From positions 7,784,412 through 7,848,411 of the forward strand of contig JBNZDD010013714.1 in NCBI GenBank assembly GCA_050575255.1: 64,000 bases of DNA, given 5' to 3'. Below are positions 13,601-26,978 of this stretch, one piece after another (position 1 is the stretch's first letter; each line of letters begins with the position of its first letter). The notes beneath the pieces were generated by a model that was given only the letters and a program-made list of their open reading frames with translations, searched no databases and was not told the DNA's origin. The translations under genes were made by a program, and so were the position numbers. The DNA is from Harriotta raleighana (taxonomy: Eukaryota).

Positions 13601-15078
13601 TGATCCCTGGCAAGATCTATTTTTCAACCCAGTTTCCTAGTAAAATACAATTCTATGATCTGTTAACAGGAAAATGTCTACAGCAGAGTGTACCCTTGGA
13701 GGGAACAACTATCTTCTCTTGGCTCCTAAATACTCAGATTTATGATGTACTCTGTATCTCTACCAGTGTGCATTCCATAATATTTTAGTAATAACACTTC
13801 ATCCTTAGTAATATCACTTCATCCTTAAACCAGTTCTTTGTGCCAATTGATACATCTAATAGAAAGGGTTGTGGAGTTAACTGTTTTCTTTGCGAATGTA
13901 ATGTGTTTTTTAAATGTCTCTCATTAATGAAATCGAGATTTATCTGTATTTAATTCACTGTGAGGGATATACAAGAATAGTCCCAGTGTACAGGTTTTCC
14001 AACTTTCAACATGATATTTCCTAGTTTTAGAACGCACAAAGAACAATTCATAATATATATCTAGAAAGTTGTACAAATACTTTGTTTCACGTTACAGTTC
14101 TGTGCAATGTTGTTGTCAATCAGTCAGTGGTAAAAGTAACTTATAGTGGAAGTAGATGGATGAAGGAGTGATAGAAAGGAGATAATACAGCCACCAGGGA
14201 TATTGACGACTCCATCACCCATAAGCACTTTTTACCAGGATAATACAAGATCACTGTCCAGTGCTCATACATAGCATATTATAATGAAAAAAAGTGCATT
14301 GGAGCGTGTGTTGATGGTCTCATTCGTTGACATTCCTCGAGGGGACAATTGCAACTTTGAGCATAGGTTACCTTCAAAAGCTCAGACTAGCCACAAAATA
14401 CTGGTCGAGGTGATTCAACATTCAAAAAAGGATGACAAAAAAAATCCTGAGAAACAGGCTGAAGATGAGCAATAAATTAATATTTTAAAATATTAATTGC
14501 AAAGATTTTGTGGGTGATATGTGTTCCATGTTAACCCCACACCTTCACAAAAGAGAGGGAAGTTACCCAAGTATTATTTTTCGAACGGTTATTTTTCTCA
14601 TACAAAACATCAGCTAACGTATAAGACAGACAGAGTCTGAAAAGGACAAAGTCAAGATCATTCAGAATTGGGTCATGATTGTGATTCCAATAGCTAAAGC
14701 ATGAAATGAATCTGTCATGCAAAATTAAAGAAATGTGGGTAACTTAAGGGCACATTCGACCTTCGCAGCTTCTAAATTCTTAATGAGTAGAGGCTGTTTA
14801 CAAAATCAAAGAGTAGCTGTGACTTTCTTTTGTTTTTCTAATGGAACAAAAAGGTTGTCCCGTTCACCGGAGAATTTTCACTTGGGAAAATATTATGTAG
14901 GTCTACATGACTATCAACAAAATCAAGGCAACGGCTTTTCCAAAGGCATGCTTCCACTTTGAAATAGTTTGAGATATTCATAGGAAAATTCTAAACATAT
15001 CTCAAAATGACTTTTGTTCTACATCAGATTATTTCAGTCAGGGCATGGCAGAACTAAGTACTGTAGTATAGCTGTTTT

Positions 15079-15391
15079 AATAATAGTAATAAGAATAATC
15101 CTTGCATTTGGTATAGCACTTTCCACGTCTTCCTGATGTCTCAAAGTGCTTCACAGAATATACTGTAAAGTAAATTGACTGTAAATTTGTAGGAGAAACC
15201 CAGCAGCCAATTGCGTACAACAGTGTCCTACCAACAGTTGTGGATTGAAATGACCTATTTATTATTGGGGGGTTTTCTTGAGGGATTATTATCAGGCATG
15301 TGGAGTAAGGAAACTTGAGAAGGTTTTGTCCTGCCTGGAATAGAACTTTGCTTGTAATGTAAGTGCTCTAACCACTGAGCTACATGATTCC
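15079..15391 (-). mobile_element. SINE family A, full length
   Basis: rc head ggaatcatgtagctcagtggttagagc, Deu core, tail. Confidence 0.9.
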
Positions 15392-16539
15392 ACAATCCTG
15401 GACCGATATTAAAAATCTGGATCCTGGATAAGAACTCTTAGGACTAAAGTGAATTAAATACAGTTCCAGAGGATCTGAAACATAACAAAAATTTCAGTAT
15501 AAATTTAAGTGAAACATGAAATATTTTGAAGGTATACAATTGAAAGTTGGAAAACTGGAACTGTGAAATTAATGTGACACAGCGCATTATTGCACTTCTG
15601 TGTTCTTCCATCAACGTAGCAATGCTTTCAGCTACATGGATGTTTAATGAAGTGACACCAAGCTTTCACGCCTATGTGGACTTTTTGTGTACAGTTTATC
15701 CAGTAGTAGTATTAAATGACAAGATTAATTACATCTAAATATTTGGATCAGAGGGTTATATTTTATATTTCTTCACAAAGTTAGCATGCCTTAACTGAGA
15801 TGAACCTAATAATCTTTTCCTCCTTTTATAAATATTTCATAGCAATTCATTTCACTGGATCCAATAATGAAAACATTATTATTTTTCATTTTTCTAACGC
15901 CACATTCTTTGAATCAGTTGCATTTCAGGAAATCATTAAGGCTGTCCACATCACACAAAATGGTTACAAGCTAAAGTGATGCACCTCAGAAATGTTTAAC
16001 TAAGATATTATTTCCTTCCATTTTTCTTGCGATGATTATGTTGAATCCAACTGAATTGTATTGGCAGTTTAACTAAGTCCAAATGTGTTACAATCTTCCC
16101 TTCAGGAACACAATTCATAACTAAGTCAACTCAATCAATTGGCTACAAAATATACAGTTCTTTGACATGAGAGTAAATTCCTATGAAGCTTTGACGTCCT
16201 CCAGAAATTAAAGATGGTGTATCAAATGCAAAGATTATTATTAGTATTAGGATAATTACATGCCTAAGGCTTTGAAGTTGCAATCAGTCATAGAACTGAA
16301 AAGCGATAGGTTATGGTTATAGCTTTACATTGTTCTGACAGCAATCAGTTGGTATCTTAGTCGTATTGATGAGTATAGATAATGATTTTAAGTTCAAAAG
16401 TTGTGTTGGAGTCAGATGGAGTGAGTCCCGATTGTTACATCACCCTTTGCATTGATTCAGATCAACCACTGATTAGAAAAATGAGTTTAATCATGTGAGG
16501 GTGGCAGGGATCCATAGCTGTGTCATTATTCATTTGTGC

Positions 16540-16745
16540 TGTCTCCGACCATCTTTATCCACATTCACCAAAAAAATAGATCTTTCAGTTGTTCATCTCT
16601 ATGTTGTGTAGGGATACTGCTGGTGGAACTTAGCTGTTGCGTTTGCCTATATTTCAGTCATAGCATTTCAAAGTGAACGACTTGTGTAAAGCACTTTGAG
16701 ATGTTTGGATCTGTTAAGACACCGTATCAAATTTAAAGATTGTAA
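16540..16745 (+). mobile_element. old diverged DeuSINE (SacSINE1-like) body and tail
   Basis: tttatcc...caccaaaaaaatagatc...tgttgtgtagggatactgctg...gctgttgcgtttgcc...gtaaagcactttgagatg. Confidence 0.6.
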
Positions 16746-17502
16746 TTCACAAAAACTCCAGAAGGATTCTCATCATCAATTAAAAAATGTACATCAAACA
16801 TTTATGACAAGCTGCCAAAATAGTTTTCTTCTTTCACTGCGGCCTTATTTTCCTTCCTCCCCACACTCCTCAAATCTTTGAGCCAATGATATGCACTGAT
16901 ATTCCTATCAGGGAAACTCATTGATAGGTGAGTTAAGAGTTCCTGAGCCTGAAAGCGTAAAGAGATGAATTAACAAGAATGGTTAAAATTACATAAACCC
17001 TGAAAGTATCCTCAGTTAATCTACTAAAGTTAATGCAGATCCTATACCGTTTGAAGTCCCATAGATTTGCGAACTAAATCCCCCTGATCATATCATGGGA
17101 GCCAATTTAAAACAAAGGTATTTTAAGGAAATCATCTGTAATCCTCTAAAAATACAAAGGGACATTAATCCTAATTCTATCTAGTTTTGTTTAATGGATC
17201 CTGATGGTGAAACTCTTTCCTTAAAGATGCCAAATTAATTGAGTCAGTAATGGGACAATCGGCCAACCTTGTCGCTCAGCTCTGGACATCCCTTAACCAT
17301 AATGAGAAAAGAGAAGAATTTATCAATGAAGCATGGAATTACTTTTTACTTTGCCTGTGTAATGAGGCAAAGTGCACAAGAAGTAGACAAAAAGTCAGGT
17401 CAGCATTATCAGGTGGCATTGGCCTAAATGGGTCCATGTGATTTAAAAATGTTATCAGTCTTATCTTAACATAACAAGGAAGATAAAATCCTAATGCTAT
17501 TA

Positions 17503-17815
17503 CAGTAAAACCCCGTTTATCCGGCACCCTGGGGAGAGTCGACTAATTGCCGGATAATCGGGCGGCAAGTTGCCGAAAACCCAACATAAAAAATTAACTT
17601 ATTTTAAAACATACCATGTTAATAATAGACTAAATAGTAACAGAATATTGTACTTACCAATAAAGCATTCCAGCACACTCAGTAAAAAAAAAACAAGTTC
17701 GTAAATTTAATACATGCGCAAAGTGAACAAACTGGTGATTGCTAGAATGGAAATTTCCCTGGGAGGGGGTCGAGCAATCCGGTTGATCGGGTCACGGATA
17801 AACAAGGTTTTACTG
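17503..17815. mobile_element. Tc1/mariner (Tigger/pogo-like) MITE, 313 bp
   Basis: 21-bp TIRs CAGTAAAACCCCGTTTATCCG (17503-17523) and rc CAGTAAAACCTTGTTTATCCG (17795-17815). TA at 17501-02 and 17816-17. Confidence 0.85.
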
Positions 17816-17984
17816 TAGTCAGATTTCAGCACCTTGAGACATCCTCCTGACATGAAAGTGTCATTTTGTTGTTGTGACAATTTATGGATTATGCAAATTA
17901 CATGAATTGTAAAGTAATCTATAAACTGGAGCAATACCTTTATGATGTTCAGAGATTAAAATGATTGGCACATTGGGAGTAATG

Positions 17985-18105
17985 CAGTGTATTACAGGTT
18001 GTGTATTGCATATGTATTGTATATATATATTGTATTATATGTGTTATATGTTGTGTGTTTCAGGCTGTGCGTTGCTGGCTGTGTTGCAGGATGTGTTTTA
18101 CAGAT
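17985..18105. repeat. degenerate GTGTRTTRCAGG-type minisatellite / low-complexity tract
   Basis: Recurring gtgtattacaggtt, gtgtttcaggct, gtgttgcaggat units. Confidence 0.5.
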
Positions 18106-20269
18106 TGGCTACTCGCACTAATTGATCTGAAGAATGATTAATCGGTAACAGCTTTTAGCTACATAATTTCATTCCCATTTGTACATTATGATCATCTAGA
18201 TAAATAATTAAATGGCTTACTGGGTGTAATTGTGTAATATTCATTAATACCATAAAACCACTACCTGAACGTTTATGCTGTCAGACAGAGGCTGAGATGT
18301 TGATTAGGGAGATGAAATATCATTTTTAAATTCACAACACATTGTCTGTGTGTTTTCTTCTAGCAATTTCTGAATCACCCTCCCTATTGGTACTCATCAA
18401 GATAGCCACTATTTTATTCAAAGTCAGATCAACTGCAAAACATATACAGTTCCAAATATTTCCACCAGCAAACAGAGAAAGAAAAACTTACCAATGAGGA
18501 AACAATGCACATACGATAAAATACAACATATTACATACAGTCAGAGTATAATGAGTGGAAAACCTGGTCAATTTTAAACCTCGAAATCCATGCTCCATAT
18601 TACAGTTTATAACACAATGGTGCATAGCTTTTATTCTTTCTTCTGTTGTTGTAATGTCATGTCCAATCCCAAGAGATACAAATGAAGAAATTCCTTTAGC
18701 CCATTTGATCTCTTCTTATAGAAGTGTAGTGATTGTTATAAAGGATTCAACACAGTCCTGAAGAATGTGGGTGTATGTTGAGAAAGCATAACACTTTGTT
18801 GTTGTTTTGAAAGCTTCACTGGGGCTCATTCCTAATAAATCTTCCAATGACTAACTGAGAATAAAATGCTAAAAACAAAGAAATATCAGGCAGGCAACTA
18901 AATGCAACAATACAGTTTCAGGATTCAGATAATAATGTCATTACTTGAGAATCAGTTTTACGATTTGTCATTTGTGATGTTAGTTGAAGCTATTTAGATG
19001 GTGTTACCAGCTTGTAACTTTCCTCTCGTCTATTTCACTTCAGTGGAACATCTCAACTGCAACATCCCATTATGTTGTAATAAGAACAAGTTTAATGTTA
19101 TTAGCACTTTCTCATGGGAGCACAAAGGCTAATTGTATTCAACGTGTTTTCCCATAGTTTTAATTAATTTTAAGCTTCTGATTTACTCTAATTTAGGTGG
19201 ATACATTTGGTATGCACAATAAGACAAACTCATGACATTGCTTTACAATCACCTTAGCAGTTTAGTTAAATCCATGTTATGTCCATATTTCACTGTATGT
19301 CTGTATTTATAGCAATCATGTTCAGCAATGTAAACCATCAACCCTCAGCATCAACTGGGACAGAAACATTATTAATGATTTTGTGTTTTTCATTACTTGG
19401 TGTCAATGACACTTGTTATCATTGACTGATCTTCTACTATATCGGATTCCATTTACCTACAGCTCAGATCTCCATGTTCCCAAAATGCACTTCTGAAGGT
19501 TAAAGCATTCATTTAGTCCTGTACAAAACGCATGCCTGTGGTTTGATTAATATTTCATTTGTTTATTAACACACGCCAATGTTGAGATAAATCTTTATTG
19601 GAGAAAGGATAAAAAAAACCATTGAAATTATTTTAATGTGAGTCCACGAGATTGGATCATGCAATATTTCAACAAAATTAATCAAAAGTGCTGAAAAGGA
19701 TTAGATATATCAGGAGCAAGGGTAGTAAAGGATCTGTCATTATTGCAAGATCATCAAATAAAAGTCTATTGAAAATTACTTTTCCGATGTTTAGAAGCAC
19801 TTCTTACAACCAATAAAGATCACGCCTTCGACTTCTCCACAACCTTTAAGATTACATCTACTGTACATTTTTCAAAGATTAATTATACTGTGTATGCAGT
19901 CTCCTCAGAAATGAGCTGGTTCATCCAGTCTCCTCAGAAATGAGCTCCTATCTACCACCTATCTCTAAATCACTGCTATGTTAATCCCACCAGCTCACTG
20001 TGTCTATCCCACAGAACAGAGTGACATTCGCAACCACACTCATTTGTGCAGCTTGGTGTTAATTTGGTTCTTTATGTGCAATTTATTTTACATTTGTTGC
20101 TGTTTTTGGTCCTGTTGCACATTATGATTGTTGAATTGCATAGACAGTACAGCAGCTGAGGAGCCAGTCGGTTTTGGGGCCTTTCACTGTACTGGGCCTG
20201 GTTCCCGCCTTTTTGAATATCGTCCAGGCGGGCGGGCGGCGAGGACAAGGAGCGGTTGCTGGACTGTTA

Positions 20270-20600
20270 TTAATTGTTGTTGCCGTTGCTTTTTTTTTGT
20301 TTATTGTTGTTGATGTTGTTGTTTGTTGCTGTTGATTGGTGCCCCCGCCCCCTGATCTTTCCCCCTCCTTTTCTTCTTCTTCTCTCCCTCCCTTTCCCCC
20401 TTCTTCCCTCTTAACCCCCTCTTCCCTCTTAACCCCTTTCTCCCCATTTCTATCTGATTTTGCCCCCCACCCACCTTTCCCTCCCTCTTCCCCCTTGCCT
20501 GCCTTTCTCCCCCCCTTTTCCTCCCTGATTTTACCCCACCTCGCCTTTCCCTCCATCTCCCCCCTTACCCTCTTTTCCCCCTTTCTCCCCCAGCCCCAAT
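20270..20600. repeat. (TTG)n-like tract followed by ~260-nt polypyrimidine low-complexity tract
   Basis: Direct reading. Includes duplicated cttccctcttaacccc. Confidence 0.85.
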
Positions 20601-20790
20601 TCCGCGACTGTTTGTGGGATACTGCTGTGCGCAATTTGGCTGCCGTGTTTCACCCACAAATATATAGTCAATTTTTTCCTACTTTCCTTCCCCCACTCCG
20701 TTCTGATCCCTACTTAACTATACAGTGCCTTGGGACATCCTCCCAATGTGAAAGGCGCTATATAAATGTAATTTTGATTGATTGATTTGA
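20601..20790 (+). mobile_element. SINE Deu core fused to family-B L2 tail
   Basis: gactgtttgtgggatactgctgtgcgcaatttggctgccg, then cagtgccttgggacatcctcccaatgtgaaaggcgctatataaatgtaattt(GATT)n. Confidence 0.75.
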
Positions 20791-23700
20791 TTTCTAAAAT
20801 GTTACCCGAAGTGAGATGTTATTGAATTTATTGTAAAGCGGACAGCGGGAAAGCAGCACAACATTTATCATATATTTACATTGCTTTGAAGGCTTGGTGT
20901 TTCAGAAACCCATCTGAAGGTTTAACTGAATATGTAATTAATCAAAAGCACATACTCTTCATGCTAATGTTATAATATTGGATTCATCCCTTTTCTGTCA
21001 AGTTCAGCTTAAATAAAGAGGATTTAAATGAGTAGGAAGTTCAATTATTATTTTATTTTTACCTAAGTATTGAATCAAAGAAGAAAACGAGCAGGAAGGA
21101 ATTAAGCCAAATTCCTGACATTATGTGTACGAAAAGTTTGGTTAAAAAGGTCAGATTTTGAGAAGAACTGCTAAAATGTAATGCTCACATAAGATTGCAA
21201 TTTATCCAATAAGAGCCATAATGAATATGCCAAGAATTTCAAGCCTGAATAAGTCTCATTTCCCCCAATCCAGCACAATGGAACATCCATTGTAATCATA
21301 TTAAAACACCAACAATAAATTAAATGAGCTAACCAGACTTTCTACTGTAACACACATTGCTTACCAGGACCAGTGTCTATCATCTAAATAATCCAAACGC
21401 GATAACAACAGGAATCTCCTGATGGTTCATGTAAATGCACAGTGTTTGGAAATCACCAAAATTTTCTTCTCATCACCTTTTCTTGCTGCTTCTTCTATTC
21501 CTACTTCCACCTCCAATACTGTACAGTGTTTGCAACAACCATGCATACAATCAATTAAAAGGATCCCTAGAGCATCATGCAAAACATTACCATAGGATTG
21601 TTTTTATCTTTCACATACAGAAGACTTGTTGTTCACAGTGTGGCATTAAGACTGCCACTGAGACAGAGAGCTGCCAAACAGGTATCTGATTTAGGCGGTG
21701 ACTAATATCATATGCAGCAGTGGATTCTTGCCTGTAGGTAGATGTCAGCTAGGGTATACAGTATAATGAAAATGACATTTAATTTCAAAGCTGATATTTT
21801 AATTAATTCCTTAATTATTAAAATGACAGACACTTTTATTGTTTCCAACACTAAATTACATCTAAAAAGTGTCAGGCGTGAAAACAACGAAAATTGCCAA
21901 GATTTGATGTTTCTGTAGTTTTGTGTATTGTCTAACTTTGGTGAGAAAATTACACTGAATCAACAAGATTATATATGGCAATTCAAGCAAGATAACAAGA
22001 CAGTGCAACTGCCAGTAGTCATAAACTTCCATACACCAGAGATCTAGGTAATGAATATTACACATAACAACTGCATGACAGCTTATCATCTTTGACAGAT
22101 ATCAAGGGTCAAAAGGCAACTCAGTTGAGACAATTTATAACCTCTGCCCCTGATCACAATTCAAAACTCACTTAAATTTGACTCAGTTCTCCTAGAAGAA
22201 ATGACAAGTAAAATCATGCTTTGATACAGCAAAGTGATGCTTCCAAAATGGACTTCTGATTTATCAGATAAGAAAAGAAAGGATGAATGCTGATTCACTC
22301 TGTATTTGGCTGAAAAGCCTCCAGTAATGTAAAGTGTAAGCTGCAAAAGATTCAGGTCTCACTCATAGTCATATTAACCATTCAGAAAAATGTAAGCGTA
22401 AAAGTCTTGAGCTATTACAAAAGTCTTGAGCTGCCTTAAAACCACTGTACAAAGAGGGTGAACAGCGAGGAATAAAGGTGCAGTGTTTCCAAGATTCCAA
22501 GACTCTACTCTGCATGAAGGGCATTGTATATAAATACAAGTTGTTGTCGTTATTCAGTGATACATAATTTGATTCTTCCCCTGAGTTTAGTCCCGGAGTA
22601 TTATCTTGAAAGTTGCTTGCAACTTGCTTACCTATTCAAACAGTAAAAAAGTCTTTAGTAAAATGTCTTTAGTAACCAAATGAAAAGGCATTTCATAATC
22701 TTAAGCACACTTGTTGACATATTATACTTAATAAAGCATTGAAAAACGGTCAAGTGAAAAATAAAGGAATCAAGTACCAGCTGGAATACTCGAATAGTTA
22801 ATTAGTCCCAGATGTGTTGTTCTTGTCAGTGATGTTTCCTGCATTACCCCTTGTTGAGCTGAGCTACACCAACTCCAACAGCTTTACATTTTTCAAAGGA
22901 TGATGTCTAACTCTGTCTCAATCTGTGTTCCAAGCATGGATAGAAGCTTCACAAATCATCGGAAATATGTTTCAAGTGATAAATGAAATTGATGCGAGAA
23001 TTAGTTTTAATTGATCCATGATCAAAGGTACAAAGGATTCAATCTCGATAAATTCATTAAAAAAAACTGCTCCCTAATCATAATGAACAATGAATCACAT
23101 TATTGCCACAACTGCTGACTTTAGATTAAATCACAAACTCTTAATTACCTTTGGTGGTGAGAATGCTCCCATTTACAGCCTGGTGTCGTTCTTACTTTGT
23201 TAGATTAATTTGTGTTGATTTTACCATCCAAACTGTCAATGCATGAACTAACAGAACTGTGCATATGGGTTTAGGTTATCGGCAATGAAAGTTCTGTGCC
23301 TAAGGCAATCAGGCTGCTTCTTTAATGCATACAGAACGAGAAGCACTGTACAGACTATAAACCTCCATCTGTTGTGTGACTGAAAAATGTTTTTTCCATT
23401 GAGACAGCCGTGCACCTTGAGGCAATAATAGACCTTGAACACTTAAGATTTTGGGGGGATAAAATTCTGTTTCACACAAGCAAAGTATCACAAATCTAAT
23501 CAGTCATGAGAATCACCAGTAAAGGCCTTGTGAATCGGACTAGCGTCATTTAATTTTTAAAAAATCCATTATGATTGTATAGGTATAATATTTTAAAAAC
23601 AGTGTATATGTGAATAGATTTTCTGATGTTACAAATAATATAGGCAAAAGCAATCAATTTAACTAGTGTATGAGGTTCTGTGGTAGAATCTTAATCCACT

Positions 23701-24039
23701 CAGTAATTTCTTCAGGTTTATTTGCGGTAGATAAATTAATACCAGATCTCTAATAATATTCTGGGGTGGGGGGAGCGTAAGCAAAATCTCCCCAAGCAGA
23801 GTGAAGTGGCTCAGAGGAGACTGGGCTGGAGTAATTCAAACTGAAATCATAGAGATGTCAGCACAAATAGGTGGTGGTCATTCACGAGGATAACATCTGA
23901 AATCCGGAGGCTGAAACTAATGGTCAGTATTCCACAATGCAACATTGCCTGTGTGAGGCTCTAATGGGATATCTCCATTATATTTGCATGTTGTCAGAAT
24001 CGTGACATGGAATGCCAGCTGGAGTTTAGGTTTTCTGAT

Positions 24040-24200
24040 GGAAAATCTGCCACCAATACTCCAGATAAAATTAGTCATTTACTTCCTGGTAGTTGCCATG
24101 AAGAAATCGGCTGCTGTGTTCACTTGCAAAATACACAATCAGTATGCTTAAAACAAAACCTTGTGATGTGTAACATGAAAGGCTCTATATCAAATGCAAA
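24040..24200 (+). mobile_element. old DeuSINE fragment
   Basis: aaatcggctgctgtgttc...catgaaaggctctatatcaaatgcaa. Confidence 0.5.
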
Positions 24201-25314
24201 AAATATTTTAACACCACAGTAAGAAAATACCTTAGTATAGCATCTTTCATTGGGAGAGCATCCAACGGCGATGGACAGTCAGGATTTGAATGATTAACCA
24301 ATAGGATATGATCCATTCTTCTCTGTATAGTTACACAGGGAATGTCGTATCAAGCAAGATTATGATTAATACTAATAGGATGATTTAGAATTGGCCACTC
24401 TGTTTTTCCTTGCACTTTATGTACTTTATGCTATCTGTCACACTCTGCACTCTGTCACCTCATCACAGAATAAGCACTCAATGAATATATTCCCAAATGT
24501 TTTTCTGCTCCTCATCAGATTTCCTTTCTCAAACCTTTCTAAGGACCTACTTGCATTTTAGGGCACTGAATATTCACATAAGCTCACATAAGATTTGAGA
24601 AATAAAAGCAACAAACCATACTATTGGATATGAAATCATATAAAACAATCCACAGTTGCATTATTGGGTAACATTGCTATTCTGATAGTTGTTTGCTATT
24701 GAAATGGATGAAATCGGATTGCTTACTTCTATGGATGTGTATACTCTATCTGTCTCTTTAATTCTATTTCATCGTGACTTCAATTGATATATTGCAGTGT
24801 CTCTTTACACTGAAGAGTCAGTTACCAATTTTGAGTGGTGCAGTATTCCCCTTAGGTCTTGCAAAACTTGTTTCTGGGTGCTACACGGGTCATCAATTCT
24901 ATGTCTAATGTGCTCTTCAAAAGAAATGCAAAAATCAATATGGCAGGAGGGAAATCATGTGTGTATACTGTATCAGTATTTCCCAGAAGTCTGACTGACA
25001 TCTCACAATGAGCTGTCTGAAAGCAGTGCACTCTGCCTTGACCAGTTCAGTTTAAACCTGTGAACTGTAGACATGACATACATGGAACAAAAACTTATTT
25101 ACCATTCAGAATGGTACTGAATGTTAACAACAAAGTAGAGGTGCCATCGGTTAATAGAGGCTTTGCTTTGTATGGGAAATTTTACTCAGGCACCAATTGA
25201 CTCTCAGTGTATTTAAATCAACATTGACGTCCTTTGTTTCAAATCAGTAATTTGATAAATGAAGCAATTTCAAACACAGGTTAAAATGTACTGTTAGCTT
25301 TTTCTTTAAAAAAA

Positions 25315-25435
25315 GACTGCAAATTGCCTGCCTTGTTCACCTCCAAAATACACAGTCACGACACTTTCCGGTAGATTCTGTGAAGCGCTTTGAAATGGTG
25401 TCCTGATGTGAGAAGGCTATACATGAAAAGCATCA
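25315..25435 (+). mobile_element. old DeuSINE 3' fragment
   Basis: aaattgcctgccttgttc...ttctgtgaagcgctttga...aaggctatac. Confidence 0.55.
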
Positions 25436-26762
25436 TTTTTATTGAATAGCATTCACCTTCTTTTTAATGTGTTCCAATTTCATTCATGGAGTAAAGCTCC
25501 ATCTTGATCTTTCTAAAAACTATTTCAAAATAAACACTGGTACAATATTCTCTTACTGCATAGCTCATAAGTGTTTAAATATATTTGATTTACTGAACAT
25601 ATGGTAAATTAAAATTTTACAGCCAGAATTTTGATGTACTATAAACAAATAAATAACACTATACACAAATAATACGAAAAGTCTGAGTGTTAAATATGAA
25701 TTCCATATTTCAGAAGTAATATTAAAAACAGCAATCTCAAAAACATTTATTTAGTGCTACCAACCTAAAATTATTTTTAGTGGACTGGAAATTCTTATGT
25801 CATTGTGTTCAATATACTGGAAATGCAGAAACAAAGCTCTTACCCGAGCTCTACATGGCAGAGATCTGATTGTAGGAGCTTCTGTGGTTCCAGTTTCTTA
25901 AATAACTTACATGAAATATTCCTTAGTACATAGGGCCTTCAGAGTAATGCATAATTGATGGTTCTTAATTAACGGTTAGCCCGTGTGATTACTTTTTCCA
26001 TGAAACAAGTAAGGCTAAAAGAATACACAATATATTTAATGGAGCAATGTAAAACACAACCACTGGCTTTCTGTAGCCAAGACAATTAGGCAATTAGTCT
26101 GTTGTGTTTGCCTAAAAAATACTTAACTACTGTCTATAGTAAATCTTGTGAAGCATTTTGAGTTGTGTCGACAACATGATAATACCATTATCATATATAA
26201 GGATTATTGTTTTATATCTCATAAAACCTTTTGAGGAGATGAGAAACAATGAGATTACTGTACGTCTAGAAGACTTGAAAGAGCTAGATGACAAAAAATG
26301 CAACAATTATTATTACTGATAAACCAATTTATTTTGTTCTGCATTCAGAAATTTCCAAATGAAAAATTAGAACACTGAAGAAAGAAGAGTGATTTATGTT
26401 GGGGTTTGCAAACACTTCTCAGACTTTTGCATTAAAAGTCATTTTTTTCTGGATTTGAATAATTGTTGACACTTCCATAGCTGACTGAAATTTATCTTTT
26501 TGTTATCATTTTGACTAAAATCTTCCATCACTTGAGAGGATGCATTATATAAATTACAAGTAAATATGATTTTAAACTCGGCTCATTTATTTCATTAAAT
26601 TATGCAAACGGCCATCATTATTCATCTAACAGGTGACAGCAAAGACTCAGAGGAAACACTTTAATATGTTCTGATCATTTGTAGATTCCAGCTCTTTCCC
26701 ACCCAGAAATGTCAGGCCTTTATTCCCTTCAGAACATATAAATATAGAAAATAAAATAAATA

Positions 26763-26978
26763 CACACGCCTAATAATAATCCCTGAAAAAAAACACAATA
26801 ATTAATTGGTCACTTCAATCCATGGTTGTCTGTGGGACACTGCTGTGCATAATTGGCTGCTGCATTTCACCCACAAGTATACAGTCAATTCACTTTACAG
26901 TATATTCTGTGAAGCGCTTTGAGACATCTAGAAGACATGAAAAGCGCTATATCAAATGCAAGGATTATTATTATTATT
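26763..26978 (+). mobile_element. SINE family A, 5'-truncated
   Basis: Near-consensus body and (TTA)n tail. Confidence 0.9.

Noticed and set aside
20122-20785. 170-aa G/E/K-rich and 149-aa P/S/F-rich ORFs
   Set aside because: Translations of a low-complexity purine/pyrimidine tract plus SINE sequence.
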